DNA from: Acidobacteriota bacterium
GTDB taxonomy: Bacteria > Acidobacteriota > UBA890 > WLXD01
Direction of reading: 5' to 3'
DNA: 64,000 nt
Assembly (NCBI GenBank): GCA_965248695.1
Contig: CBDFKD010000002.1
Coordinates: forward strand, 2,016,001 to 2,080,000
How positions within the stretch are numbered: the stretch's first letter is position 1; each line of letters opens with the position of its first letter. A model generated the notes under the pieces. It saw only the letters and a program-made list of their open reading frames with translations, did not search any database and was not told the origin of the DNA. The position numbers and the translations under genes were made by a program. Shown here piece after piece: positions 50,045 to 60,433 of the stretch.

Positions 50045-51630
50045 TGGCCGATCGATACGACGTTGTCGTGATCGGCGGCGGCCACAACGGTCTGGTCGCG
50101 GCGTCCTACCTGGCGAAGGCGGGACGGAGCGTACTGGTCCTCGAACGACGTGAAGTAGTGGGCGGCATCGCGGTCACCGAGGAGCTGATCCCGGGTTACC
50201 GATTCTCGACCTGCGCCGATGCCGCATCGTCGTATCTGGCACCGGAGATCGCTGCCGATCTCGGCCTGTCGAGCCACGGCCTCGAGACCATCGAGGCAGA
50301 TCCGGTACTGCTGTCACCGCAGCCGGACGGGAGCTGCCTGCGGTTCTGGCGCGACACGGCCCGCACCGCCTCCGAGATCGAGCGCTATAGCACCGCGGAC
50401 GCGGAATACTATCCGCAGTTCGTCGATCTGATGCAGCGTCTCACCGGCATGCTTTACGGCCTGCTGGCCGTGACCCCTCCGGACATCCCGGATGTGAGCG
50501 GCCGTGATCTGGTCAGCATGCTCGGCCTGCTGGGGCCATTGCGGAAAATGGGGCGCAAGAACATCCCGGAGCTCGCGCGCGTGCTGCCGATGCCGGCGGC
50601 CGACCTGCTCAACGAGTGGTTCGAGTCGGGTGTCGTGAAGGGCGCCATCGCCGCCAGCGGGGTGCGCGCGATGACCTGGGGTCCTCGGGAGGCGGGCACG
50701 GCCTATCTGCTGCTGCACCGCTGGGCCTGCAGCGACACCGATCTGTTCCGTTCCGGATCGCTGGTGCGCGGCGGCGCCGGCAAGCTGACCGCGGCACTCG
50801 CAGCGGCGGCGCGCGACGCTGGCGTCGAGATCCGTACCGGGGAGCCCGTCGCCGCCATCGACCACATCGCCGGAGCGGCCACCGGAGTCTCACTGCAGAG
50901 CGGTGCGTCGATCGCCGCCGACATCGTCGTGTCAGGCGCGTCGCCCCGCACCACCCTCCTGGCGCTGCTCGACCCGACACGCATGCCAGCCGCCACAGTT
51001 CAGCACGCGCGCAACATCAAGTACCGGGGATCCAGCGCCCGTCTGCACCTGGCGCTGAGCGCCTTGCCGGAATTCGTGGGCATCGAGGAGAGCGAGCTGC
51101 GCGCCAGCGGCCACGTTCAAATCGCCCCGACGATAGACTATCTCCAGCGCGCCTACGATCACGCCAAGTACGGCGAGATGTCAGAGCGACCTTACCTCGA
51201 CATCTCGATCCCGTCGGCAGTCGACGACTCGCTCTCGCCTGCAGGTCACCACACGATGTCGATCGCCGTGCAGTACGCGCCGTACCACATTGACGGCGGC
51301 TGGAGCGCAGACCAGCGAGCACGACTGTTGGACACCGTGATGACGACACTGAACGAGTATGCGCCAAGAACCGGCGACCTCGTCGTGGACTCCTGTCTGC
51401 TGACCGCGGCCGATCTGGAGGCGCTTTTCGATCTTCCGGAGGGCAACCTCCACCATGGCGAGATGACCCTCGATCAGCTGCTGTTCATGCGGCCGATCCC
51501 GGGCTCGGCCCGCTACCGTGCGCCGATCGAGAACGTCTGGTTATGTGGGTCCGGGTCGCATCCGGGCGGCGTGCTGACCGGTCTGCCCGGACGCAACGCC
51601 GCACGTCAGATCCTGTCTGGGCGGCCCTGA
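50044..51630 (+). CDS. Phytoene-dehydrogenase-like FAD oxidoreductase 2
   Basis: YDVVVIGGGHNGL, GNLHHGEMTLDQL and CGSGSHPGG. TGATG coupling to the preceding gene. Confidence 0.88.
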   Translation: MADRYDVVVIGGGHNGLVAASYLAKAGRSVLVLERREVVGGIAVTEELIPGYRFSTCADAASSYLAPEIAADLGLSSHGLETIEADPVLLSPQPDGSCLRFWRDTARTASEIERYSTADAEYYPQFVDLMQRLTGMLYGLLAVTPPDIPDVSGRDLVSMLGLLGPLRKMGRKNIPELARVLPMPAADLLNEWFESGVVKGAIAASGVRAMTWGPREAGTAYLLLHRWACSDTDLFRSGSLVRGGAGKLTAALAAAARDAGVEIRTGEPVAAIDHIAGAATGVSLQSGASIAADIVVSGASPRTTLLALLDPTRMPAATVQHARNIKYRGSSARLHLALSALPEFVGIEESELRASGHVQIAPTIDYLQRAYDHAKYGEMSERPYLDISIPSAVDDSLSPAGHHTMSIAVQYAPYHIDGGWSADQRARLLDTVMTTLNEYAPRTGDLVVDSCLLTAADLEALFDLPEGNLHHGEMTLDQLLFMRPIPGSARYRAPIENVWLCGSGSHPGGVLTGLPGRNAARQILSGRP

Positions 51631-52788
51631 ATGTACCGACTGAGCGAGGCCGATCGCGCGATTCAGACACGGGCGCGGACCTTCGTGCAGCAGGAGCTGA
51701 TTCGACACGAGGAGTACGCCGAGTCACACGACGGCGAGTTGCCTGCGGGAGTGCAGGAAGCGCTGCACGCGCGCGTCCTGGAGCTCGGCTTCGGGGCGAT
51801 GAACATGCCCGAAAGTCTCGGGGGCCCAGGCTACAGCTATCTGCAACAGACGCTGATCTCCGAGCAGATCGGGGCGGTGACCAACGGGCTGGGATGGGTC
51901 GTCTGGACGCCGCCGGAGTGGATCGCCGACGTTGCCACTCAGCACCAGCTCGACACCTGGATCATTCCGACGGTCAAGGGCGGCCGCAGCGAGTGCTACG
52001 CGATCACCGAAGAGGGCGCCGGATCGGACGTCGACGCCATCGAGTCGACGGCGATCCGCGACGACGACAGCTACGTGCTCAACGGCGTCAAGTGGCACGT
52101 CACCTCGTACAACCACGCCGACTATCTGTTCTTCCAGGGGAAGCTACCGGCGGGCGAACACGCGCTGTTCTTCGTCGACATCGACACTCCGGGCGTCAGC
52201 GTCCTCCGCACGCCGGCTTACTCGCACACCTACTCGCACCATCACCCGATCGTGAGCTTCGCAGACGTTCGCGTGCCGGCAGCGAATCTGGTCGGCAATG
52301 AAGGTGACGGCATGCAGTACGCCCACGCCTGGTTCCGCTACGAGCGGCTGATGATCGCCGCCCGATGCTGCGGCGCCGCCGAGCGATTGATCGACGAAGC
52401 CTCGGCCTTCGCAAAGCGGCGCATCGCCTACGGCCGACCGATCTCGGAATACCAGGCGATCCAATTCATGCTGGCCGACTCGGTCACCGAGCTGTGGGCG
52501 GCGCGTCTGATGACCTACGAGACGGCGCGCGAGATCGACGCCAACGCCGACGTCAAGCTGCAACATGCGCAATGCTCGATGGCGAAGCTGTACGCCTCGG
52601 AGATGGCCAATCGGGTGGCCGATCGCGCCGTGCAGGTGTTCGGTGGACGCGGTTACATGCGCGAGAACGTCGCCGAGCGTTTCTTCCGCGAGCTGCGCGT
52701 CGACCGCATCTGGGAGGGTACATCGGAGATCCAGCGGCTGATTATCGCGGCGCAGCTGCTCAAGCGAGGTAGCAGCGTTGTCGGCTAG
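51631..52788 (+). CDS. Acyl-CoA dehydrogenase
   Basis: AITEEGAGSD, LNGVKW, YQAIQFMLAD, QVFGGRGY and RIWEGTSEIQR. Confidence 0.92.
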   Translation: MYRLSEADRAIQTRARTFVQQELIRHEEYAESHDGELPAGVQEALHARVLELGFGAMNMPESLGGPGYSYLQQTLISEQIGAVTNGLGWVVWTPPEWIADVATQHQLDTWIIPTVKGGRSECYAITEEGAGSDVDAIESTAIRDDDSYVLNGVKWHVTSYNHADYLFFQGKLPAGEHALFFVDIDTPGVSVLRTPAYSHTYSHHHPIVSFADVRVPAANLVGNEGDGMQYAHAWFRYERLMIAARCCGAAERLIDEASAFAKRRIAYGRPISEYQAIQFMLADSVTELWAARLMTYETAREIDANADVKLQHAQCSMAKLYASEMANRVADRAVQVFGGRGYMRENVAERFFRELRVDRIWEGTSEIQRLIIAAQLLKRGSSVVG

Positions 52789-53117
52789 CTGAACAGCGGT
52801 CGGGGTCGATATCTCACGCGCCCGGCGGCCCCACCGACCTCGAGGATTGGGATAAATGAATTCAACTACTTGGAGTGAGCATCCAACGCCTTGGATCGAA
52901 AGTCGTCCAGAGCCGGAAACCCAGGCTCTGACGTCAGAATCCGCCCGGGCGTCCGCGTCTCAGCTGCCCCATTCCGGCCACGCTCGCCCATCTTGGCGTC
53001 CGCGGAGAGCCTGTGCATCCAGGCTTACAGCGATCGCCGCCAGGCCGGAACGAAGATTGCATACCGTATGCGTATATTGTCGAGTATCCAGCACCCCCAA
53101 CAGTAGGGAGGATCTCT

Positions 53118-56066
53118 ATGACGGTCCGGCATAGTGCCAGACTTGCTAGCGTCGCCGTGGTGGCGACGTTTATGTTGATCGCCCCTCTCTTCACCGTGCA
53201 GGCCTTTGCGCAGGGCGCGATGGCCACGGGTGATATCGAGGGATCCGTCCAAGATCCGGACGGCGCCGGCCTGCCGGGAGCGACGGTCACGGTCGAGGGT
53301 CGGAACTTGATCCAGGACTCGTTGACCAAGGTTACCGGCGCCAGCGGTGACTACGTCTTCCGCGCGCTGCGACCGGGCGCCTACACCGTCACGGTGGAAA
53401 TGCCTGGCTTCGCCGGCCAGTTGTTCAACGTCAGCGTCCAGACCGGTATCACCGCCACCGCCAACTTCTCCCTCGAGCTCGAGGGTGTGTCCGAGACCGT
53501 CACCGTCAGCGGTGAGACACCGCTGATCGATGTGACCGAGTCCTCGATCAACGCCAACTACGGCGAGGAGCTCATCCAGAACATCCCGATCGCGCGTGAG
53601 TTTGTCGCGGTTGGCGATCTGACGGCTGGCTTCACCGACCGTGGCGCGTACGGCGCTGGCGCCAACGTCGAGGACGAAAGTACGGGCCGCTATCGTCGCG
53701 GGTCTTCCGCCAACGCCTACAAGATCAACGGCGTCGACGTGACCGAGCCCGACTGGGGTGCCACGTGGATCAACCCGAGCATCGATACCGTCGCCGAGGT
53801 TCAGGTGGTCGGTATTGGTGCCTCTGCTGAGTACGGCAACTTCACCGGTGCCACGATCAACATCGTGACCAAGGGTGGTACCAACGAGTTCTCCGGCTCA
53901 CTCAACTACTACTACACCGGCGGCGGGCTCCGGGGCGACAACTCCGGCGGCTTCGACGACTACAAGCGTGGCGATTTCAAGTACGACCACGATGTCTCGG
54001 CCACGTTCGGTGGACCCATCATCCGCAACAAGCTGATGGGTTTCGGTAACTACGGCCTGCAGCGCCACAACGAAGCCCAATTCGGTAGCGACGTCTACGA
54101 GAACACCAAGCGTCAGCGCTTCCATGGCCGGTTGGACTTCCTCGCCAACGACAAGAACACGTTCGGCATAATGCTCAGCTCGGATCCGGGCACCGACCAG
54201 AACCTCGGCCGCTCCTCGGGCGATGGCCCGGAGATCGGCTACGGGTTCACCTTCGGTTCCCAGACCTGGCTTGCCACCTGGCAGTCGGAGCTCGGGGACG
54301 ACACGTTCCTGGACTTCCGCTACGGCGGCTATCTTGGCGACAACTTCCGCTTCGCCAACTCGTGCAATGAGCCGAATGACCGCGTAAAGCCGCCCGGATG
54401 TACCCTGCCAATCATCAATGCCTGGCAGACCGGTACGAACTACCTGTCCAGCGCCTACAACTGGGATGAGACCAACGGTCGTCACGAGATCAACACCAGC
54501 GTGACCCAGTATGTCGACGACTTCCTGGGCGGCTCCCACACCCTCAAGATCGGTGCGGAGTACGAGAACACGTGGTCGCTGTTCCTGAGCGATTACGGCC
54601 CGGCCTGGATCTCCCTCGGTGACTACTATGGCTATACGTACGCGTATGGCTTTACGTACGATGCCCATCTGGATGTCGGCGTGGTGCGCTATGCCGCCTT
54701 CGTACAGGACGACATCACGTTCAGTGACAACATCACGGCGAACGTGGGCTTCCGCTTTGACAACCCGCAGATCCACGACAGGTGCTGCGAGCGCACCGAC
54801 GCACGGCGTCCGCGCACGGGTGGTCCAGGTGGCCTCTCCGACATTCCTGGCGGAGACCCCAACTTCAACGGTGGCAAGCTCACCAACTACAAGAACTATG
54901 CCCCGCGCCTCGGCCTGAACTGGGACGTCACGGGTCAAGGTACGGTCGTCGCCCACATCGGTTGGGGACGCTACTTCGAGAAGGCGTTGACCTACGGTCC
55001 GATCGCTCAGGGCGGCAACGCCTACGAGTCGGCGGACGATTTCTTCACCTTGCTGCCAGCGGTCGACTACGACAACCTGGCCAATCTCAGTCAGGCAGAG
55101 CTGGCTGATCTGGTAGGTTCAATCATCAACGAGGATACGTTCGTCAACCGCTGGGTCAGCGAGCCTCGAGACATCCCCAACGACTTGAGGATGCCGCGCA
55201 CCGACGCCTTCAACGTCGGGGTGGAGATCGCAGTCGGCCGTGACTTCGCGCTGACCGCGGACTACATCTACAAGAGGGACACGGACTTCCTGATCCAGTC
55301 TGACAGCAACTCACACACATACGAGCCGGTCGAGTACACCAACGACTTCGTCGGATCGACGCAGACGCTGTTCGTCAGGACGGATGACCTTCCGGAAGAC
55401 CTGTCCATGACCAACGATGACTACTATTTCCGTCGTCATCACATGGCCATCCTGGGCTTCCGCAAGCGCCCGAGCGCCGGGTTCAACTTCGATGCCTCGC
55501 TTACCTGGCAGGACACGCAGGGGAACATCGGCAACACGGTGAACACGAACTGGGGCTTCGCTTCCTTCGGTGAGCACGACAAGCCCAACTTCAACGGCCA
55601 CCCGTTCACCGTCGGTAAGCTGACCTTCGACCGCACCTGGCAGTTCAAGCTGCTGACGAACTACCGCCTGCCGGGCGGGATCCTCGCCAGCACCTATTTC
55701 CAGGCGTTGTCGGGGCGTCCGTGGACGCCGTTCCTCCGGGCCCGGGCTACGGGCATCAGCTTCAACGACACCCGCATCCGCAGCATACGCCTGGAGAAGA
55801 GAGGCAACCGTCGTGCACCGGGTCAGGTCAACATCGACCTGCGGTTGCAGAAGAGCTTCGATGTCGGCAACAACCGCATCGAGATCATCGGCGACCTGTT
55901 CAATCTGCTCAACAAGGACAACCCGTGGCGCAAGGGCCGCCAGAGCGGTGAGGTCGGTTCCAGCGTCGGCGGCACCTTCCCGCTGAGCGGCGAGTCAAGT
56001 TTCGGCGTAGTGCGTTGGCCGTCGAAGCCGCGTGAGCTCCGCATCGGTTTGCGCTTCGTCTGGTAG
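53118..56066 (+). CDS. TonB-dependent receptor, Oar-like, with N-terminal carboxypeptidase-regulatory-like domain
   Basis: Signal peptide; GDIEGSVQDPDGAGLPGATVTV, AEYGNFTGATINIVTKGGTNEFSG, FVQDD, APRLG and a terminal LRFVW. GGAGG RBS. Confidence 0.9.
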   Translation: MTVRHSARLASVAVVATFMLIAPLFTVQAFAQGAMATGDIEGSVQDPDGAGLPGATVTVEGRNLIQDSLTKVTGASGDYVFRALRPGAYTVTVEMPGFAGQLFNVSVQTGITATANFSLELEGVSETVTVSGETPLIDVTESSINANYGEELIQNIPIAREFVAVGDLTAGFTDRGAYGAGANVEDESTGRYRRGSSANAYKINGVDVTEPDWGATWINPSIDTVAEVQVVGIGASAEYGNFTGATINIVTKGGTNEFSGSLNYYYTGGGLRGDNSGGFDDYKRGDFKYDHDVSATFGGPIIRNKLMGFGNYGLQRHNEAQFGSDVYENTKRQRFHGRLDFLANDKNTFGIMLSSDPGTDQNLGRSSGDGPEIGYGFTFGSQTWLATWQSELGDDTFLDFRYGGYLGDNFRFANSCNEPNDRVKPPGCTLPIINAWQTGTNYLSSAYNWDETNGRHEINTSVTQYVDDFLGGSHTLKIGAEYENTWSLFLSDYGPAWISLGDYYGYTYAYGFTYDAHLDVGVVRYAAFVQDDITFSDNITANVGFRFDNPQIHDRCCERTDARRPRTGGPGGLSDIPGGDPNFNGGKLTNYKNYAPRLGLNWDVTGQGTVVAHIGWGRYFEKALTYGPIAQGGNAYESADDFFTLLPAVDYDNLANLSQAELADLVGSIINEDTFVNRWVSEPRDIPNDLRMPRTDAFNVGVEIAVGRDFALTADYIYKRDTDFLIQSDSNSHTYEPVEYTNDFVGSTQTLFVRTDDLPEDLSMTNDDYYFRRHHMAILGFRKRPSAGFNFDASLTWQDTQGNIGNTVNTNWGFASFGEHDKPNFNGHPFTVGKLTFDRTWQFKLLTNYRLPGGILASTYFQALSGRPWTPFLRARATGISFNDTRIRSIRLEKRGNRRAPGQVNIDLRLQKSFDVGNNRIEIIGDLFNLLNKDNPWRKGRQSGEVGSSVGGTFPLSGESSFGVVRWPSKPRELRIGLRFVW

Positions 56067-56107
56067 ACGGACACATGCCGCGGGTTAAGGACCCCGCGTA
56101 GAAGTAC

Positions 56108-56150
56108 AGAGGGCCGGCTGCTCTTGACGGGCAGCCGGCCCTCTCTTTTT
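56108..56150 (+). terminator. Rho-independent terminator
   Basis: 14-bp stem AGAGGGCCGGCTGC / GCAGCCGGCCCTCT with a 9-nt loop, followed by CTTTTT, just after the TonB receptor gene. Confidence 0.88.
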
Positions 56151-56236
56151 GGATCTTTGGCTGGCCGCGCAAACTGCTCGCCTCGCAAGAGGCTGTCGCC
56201 AGGGCCGTCACACTTCCACCACGGCCTGCCAGTGTC

Positions 56237-57787
56237 CTAGCGACAGGCGGAAACGGCTGCGTACATCGCGCGCAGAACCTCGGTGCCGAGCACGAAGCCG
56301 CGCTCCTGCAGCTGCCCCCAGAGCGCCTGCGCCTCGTCGACGCGACCGCTGCCGTGCAGCGCCAACACGAGCTCGCGATACCATTCGGCCAGCAACGACA
56401 CGTCTCCCGTGGGCGGCGTGAGGAGCGCCAGCGCCCCGGCGTGATCGCCCTGGCGACGCAACACGATCGCCAGACCGAGACTCGCCCGAGGCTCCCCCGG
56501 CGTCCGCCTTAGCGCCGCCCGGTACTCGACGCCCGCCCGCTCCAGATCGCCTCGGAGCAGCAGGCCGCCTGCGGTCCGACGATGCTCCCGCGCATCCGAC
56601 AGAGCCTTGAAGCGCTCGAGCAACGACCGCCCCTCGGAATCCCTCTGCCGCATCAAGACCGTGCCGAGCACGAAAAACGGTTCCGGGTACGATGGATGGT
56701 CCTGTACCAAGATCCGTGCCTCGGCAGCGGCATCGGCGTTGCGACCAAGCTGCATCAGCAGTCGTGCCCGAAACCCTCTGGCGTTGCGCTCCACGGTCCC
56801 GCGGCGCTGTCCCGGCGCCGCCGTCGCCTCGGCCAGCCCGACGATCGCTTCATCGATCTCCGCCAGAGCATCTTGCGTGTGTCCCTCACGGTTCAGCAGC
56901 CGCGCTCGCTGGGATCGGGCGACGCCGTTATCGGGCTGGCGCGCAAGGATCGCGTCGATCTCCCGAACCAGCGCGCCGCGGTCGCCGAGCGCATCGAGTT
57001 GCACCATGAGCCGTACGCGCGCCGCCTCCAAGTCAGGGTCGATCTCCAAAGCCCGCCGAAACGCTGCGACAGATTCGCGCGGCTGTTGCGCCGCCGCCAG
57101 GGCGCTGCCCAACCTCACCCGCAACATGGCATCGTCGGGTCGCAGCTCGACAGCCGCCCGTAACCAGCGTGCAGCGGCCTCCGGATCTTCGTCCTCCTCG
57201 GCCAGTACGGCGGCGCTGAGAAGCGGCCTGTCCCAGTCGGGAGCGGCCTCGGCGGCCGTTTCAACGTAGCGGCGCGCGACCTCGAGGCGTCCGAGCCGGT
57301 AGCAGAGCTCGCCCCGATAAAAGGCCGCCGGCGGAAATCCTGGCATCGCGCGCTCGGTCGCGTCGAGCGCCTCGGCCGCTGCCTCCCATTCCTCTAGCTG
57401 AAGCCAGACCTGCGCCAGCTGGTAGTTCACACGGCCCGGTTCGGGCGTCTGTTCGAGCGCGGCGATCAGATGCGCTACCGCCTCCTCGGCACGGCCGCCA
57501 GCATAGAGGGCGCGCCCGAGATGGTAGCGGACCTGCCAGCTACGCGGCTCCAGCAAAGTCGCGGCTTCGAGCTCCGCGATGGCCTCCTCCAACCGTGCCG
57601 CGCTGAGCAGTTGTATGCCGCGTTGCAAGCGGACATCGACCTCGTCCTGTCCGCTGCCCGGCACGTTGAGCGCCAGCGTGGAGATCAGCGCCAGAGCGAT
57701 CGCCGTCGCCCGCAGGCAGGTCGCAGCGCAGTGCCGGCCGCCGCGAATCCACACGCCCTCCATCCTCAGCAGAAATCTGAGCCTCAC
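56237..57787 (-). CDS. Tetratricopeptide repeat protein, exported (start uncertain)
   Basis: Repeated A-x-x-x-L-G / E-A / A-L-x-x-x-P helical pattern after a hydrophobic signal segment. Confidence 0.78.
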   Translation of the reverse strand: MRLRFLLRMEGVWIRGGRHCAATCLRATAIALALISTLALNVPGSGQDEVDVRLQRGIQLLSAARLEEAIAELEAATLLEPRSWQVRYHLGRALYAGGRAEEAVAHLIAALEQTPEPGRVNYQLAQVWLQLEEWEAAAEALDATERAMPGFPPAAFYRGELCYRLGRLEVARRYVETAAEAAPDWDRPLLSAAVLAEEDEDPEAAARWLRAAVELRPDDAMLRVRLGSALAAAQQPRESVAAFRRALEIDPDLEAARVRLMVQLDALGDRGALVREIDAILARQPDNGVARSQRARLLNREGHTQDALAEIDEAIVGLAEATAAPGQRRGTVERNARGFRARLLMQLGRNADAAAEARILVQDHPSYPEPFFVLGTVLMRQRDSEGRSLLERFKALSDAREHRRTAGGLLLRGDLERAGVEYRAALRRTPGEPRASLGLAIVLRRQGDHAGALALLTPPTGDVSLLAEWYRELVLALHGSGRVDEAQALWGQLQERGFVLGTEVLRAMYAAVSACR

Positions 57788-57940
57788 GGACAGGATCGCC
57801 TCGCATCCGCGGGCCGACGATCTGGTGAGCCGGCCCAGTACACCTATAGACTACATGGATGCCCGTCGGGCAAGCCGCTGGTCGGAGTGGCGCGCCGCCC
57901 ACCGCTCGGCCTCATCGACCGGTGCCGACTCCAAGCCATC

Positions 57941-60394
57941 ATGACCCACTCCACTGCTAGCTCGTTACTTCGTCGAACCGGAGCCGTTCGCGCTGGGATC
58001 ACCCTGGCGATCGTGCTCGCATCGACCCTCATCGGGTATCTGTTCTGGCGCCTCCCGGACTCGGCACCAGACCTCGCCTCACTGCGCGGCGACCGCCCGA
58101 TGAGCGTCGTGCTGGTAACGCTCGACACGACACGCGCCGATCACATCGGAGTCTACGGATCAGACGAGGGTGCCACGCCTGTTCTCGATGGGCTGGCCGC
58201 CCGCGGCGTCACCTTCATGCGCGCCTACGCCCCGACGCCGCTGACGCTGCCCTCGCACACATCGCTGTTCACCGGGACCCACCCGCCCTTCCACGGGGTG
58301 CGCGACAACGGCGCGTACGTCGCTTCGGAAGGGCTGCAGACCCTGGCCGAGAGCTTCCAGGAGGCCGGCTACCGAACCGGCGCTTTCGTCGGAGCCTTCG
58401 TCCTCGACTCGCGCTGGGGTCTGGCGCAGGGGTTCGACCGATACTTCGACGAGTTCGAGGCGCCCGAGCAGCGAGGGAACGATCTGGGCCACGTGCAGCG
58501 TCCCGGATCGGAGGTCATCGACACCGCCCTGGCGTGGGCTCGTGAGGACGACACGGCCCCGTTCTTCATGTGGGTACATCTGTACGATCCGCACGCCCCG
58601 TACGAGCCGCCGGAGCCCTTCAGGTCACGATACGCCGATCGGCCCTACGTCGGTGAGATCGCCTGGACCGACTCCTTGGTAGGGCGACTGACCTCGTGGC
58701 TGGACGACTCCGCCAGGTCCGACGACACCTATGTCGTGGTGACAGCCGATCACGGCGAGGGCCTAGGTGAGCACGGGGAGGCCGAGCACGGGCTGCTGCT
58801 GTACGAGTCGGCCATCCGGGTGCCGCTGATCATCGCCACGCCGTTCGACGAGCCGCAGGGCATCCAGCGCCACGAGCTGGTGTCGTTGATCGATGTCATG
58901 CCGACCGTGCTGGAATTGACCGGGCTGCAGGCCCCCGAGGAGGTGCAGGGCAGCAGTCTGGTACCGCTGCTTACCAACCAGACCGAAGTCGAAACCAGAT
59001 CCGACGAGCGCGTCTATGCCGAGACCTTCTACCCGCGCCTGCATTTCGGCTGGAGCGAGCTCCAGGCGATCCTCGAGCCCACCCACAAGCTCATCATCTC
59101 GCCCGAGCCGGAGCTCTACGATCTTCTGCAGGACCCCGAGGAGCGGCACAACCTCGCATCAGAGCGCGCCGCCACGGCAGAGGCGCTGCGCCGGGAGGCC
59201 GAGGAGCTGGTGGCGCGGCTCGAGGACAACGCCACCCCGGCGGACACCGTCACGCTCGACCAGGAGACTCTCAGGCGGCTCGCCGCACTCGGGTACGTCG
59301 GCGGCTACAGCACCGACGCGAACGACCCGGACGTGGAGCGCGCCAACCCGAGGGACAAGGTCGAGATCTACAACGACCTGCTCCGGGCCCGCGGCCTGAC
59401 CCTCGGCAACCAGGTAGCCGAGGCCGAGATCCTCCTGCGGCGGGTCATCGCCGAGGATGCCAGAGTGGTCGATGCGCACCAGTCGCTCGGCACCCTGCTC
59501 TTGGCGCAGTTCCGCTTCGAGGAGGCAATCGAGGTCCTCGAGACCGCGCTCTCTATGAGGCCCGCAGATGCGGGCCTGGTGCTGCATCTCACCACATCGC
59601 AGATGCAGGCCGGTCGGATGGACGAGGCCGAAAAGGTGCTGCTGGACTACACCGACGTCCTGGAGCCGGATGCCCGGTTCTACATCAACCTCGGGCAGAT
59701 CAAGCAATCGACCGGGTCCTACGACGAGGCGGCGACCTATTTCAACGAGGCGTTACGCCTCAGCGAGCGAAATCTGGCGAACATGCCGGGGCTCCTGCGA
59801 TCCGCACCCAAGCCGGTGGACAGTCTCATGGGCGCCGCGCACCTCGGGCTCGGCGCCGTCCAGCTGGCCGCCGGCCGCCCGGGGCTGGCGGAGGAGCACC
59901 TGAACCTGGCACGCGGCTTCGACGATACTCTCGCCAATCTGCACTTCCATCGCGGCATGCTGTTCCAGGCCCGGGGACGGACGGACGAGGCGATCGCTGC
60001 CTACCGCCGCGAGCTCGAGAACGAGCCGCGCAGCATCAGGGCCGCAATCAACCTCAGCGTCATCTACCGCAACCGCGGCGACCTCGTCGGGGAGGAGCGG
60101 TACCTGCGTAAGGCCCTCGAGATCAACCCACAGTTCACCCGTGGAAGCCTCTTCCTCGCCCGCATCCACCTGGTGAAGAACGAGCGCCTCAACGAGGCCC
60201 TGGCGCTCGTCGAGGGGGCGCTGGCGCGAATGGAGTTACCGACGGCGCGTGGGGTGCCGCAGGAGATCACCAGGCAGAACCAGGCGCTGGGCCATCTCTT
60301 GCTCGCGGACATCTACAATCGACTCGGAAGAAGCGAGCTTTCCAACCAGCACGCGCGTCTCGGGATGCAGCTCCGAGACGGGACACAACGCTGA
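57941..60394 (+). CDS. Sulfatase-like (alkaline phosphatase superfamily) hydrolase with C-terminal TPR; paralog 1
   Basis: N-terminal transmembrane anchor; VTLDTTRADH, TLPSHTSLFTG, HLYDPHAPY, ADHGEGLGEHGE and ELYDL, followed by TPRs. Confidence 0.88.
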   Translation: MTHSTASSLLRRTGAVRAGITLAIVLASTLIGYLFWRLPDSAPDLASLRGDRPMSVVLVTLDTTRADHIGVYGSDEGATPVLDGLAARGVTFMRAYAPTPLTLPSHTSLFTGTHPPFHGVRDNGAYVASEGLQTLAESFQEAGYRTGAFVGAFVLDSRWGLAQGFDRYFDEFEAPEQRGNDLGHVQRPGSEVIDTALAWAREDDTAPFFMWVHLYDPHAPYEPPEPFRSRYADRPYVGEIAWTDSLVGRLTSWLDDSARSDDTYVVVTADHGEGLGEHGEAEHGLLLYESAIRVPLIIATPFDEPQGIQRHELVSLIDVMPTVLELTGLQAPEEVQGSSLVPLLTNQTEVETRSDERVYAETFYPRLHFGWSELQAILEPTHKLIISPEPELYDLLQDPEERHNLASERAATAEALRREAEELVARLEDNATPADTVTLDQETLRRLAALGYVGGYSTDANDPDVERANPRDKVEIYNDLLRARGLTLGNQVAEAEILLRRVIAEDARVVDAHQSLGTLLLAQFRFEEAIEVLETALSMRPADAGLVLHLTTSQMQAGRMDEAEKVLLDYTDVLEPDARFYINLGQIKQSTGSYDEAATYFNEALRLSERNLANMPGLLRSAPKPVDSLMGAAHLGLGAVQLAAGRPGLAEEHLNLARGFDDTLANLHFHRGMLFQARGRTDEAIAAYRRELENEPRSIRAAINLSVIYRNRGDLVGEERYLRKALEINPQFTRGSLFLARIHLVKNERLNEALALVEGALARMELPTARGVPQEITRQNQALGHLLLADIYNRLGRSELSNQHARLGMQLRDGTQR

Positions 60395-60433
60395 CGACGG
60401 ACCCTGCGCACCGATGATCAGCGACGAGCCCTG

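Noticed and set aside
48443-51630. Carotenoid biosynthesis genes (crtI/crtO)
   Set aside because: No crtB, crtE or crtY nearby; the genes are coupled to GcvT-like and acyl-CoA genes.
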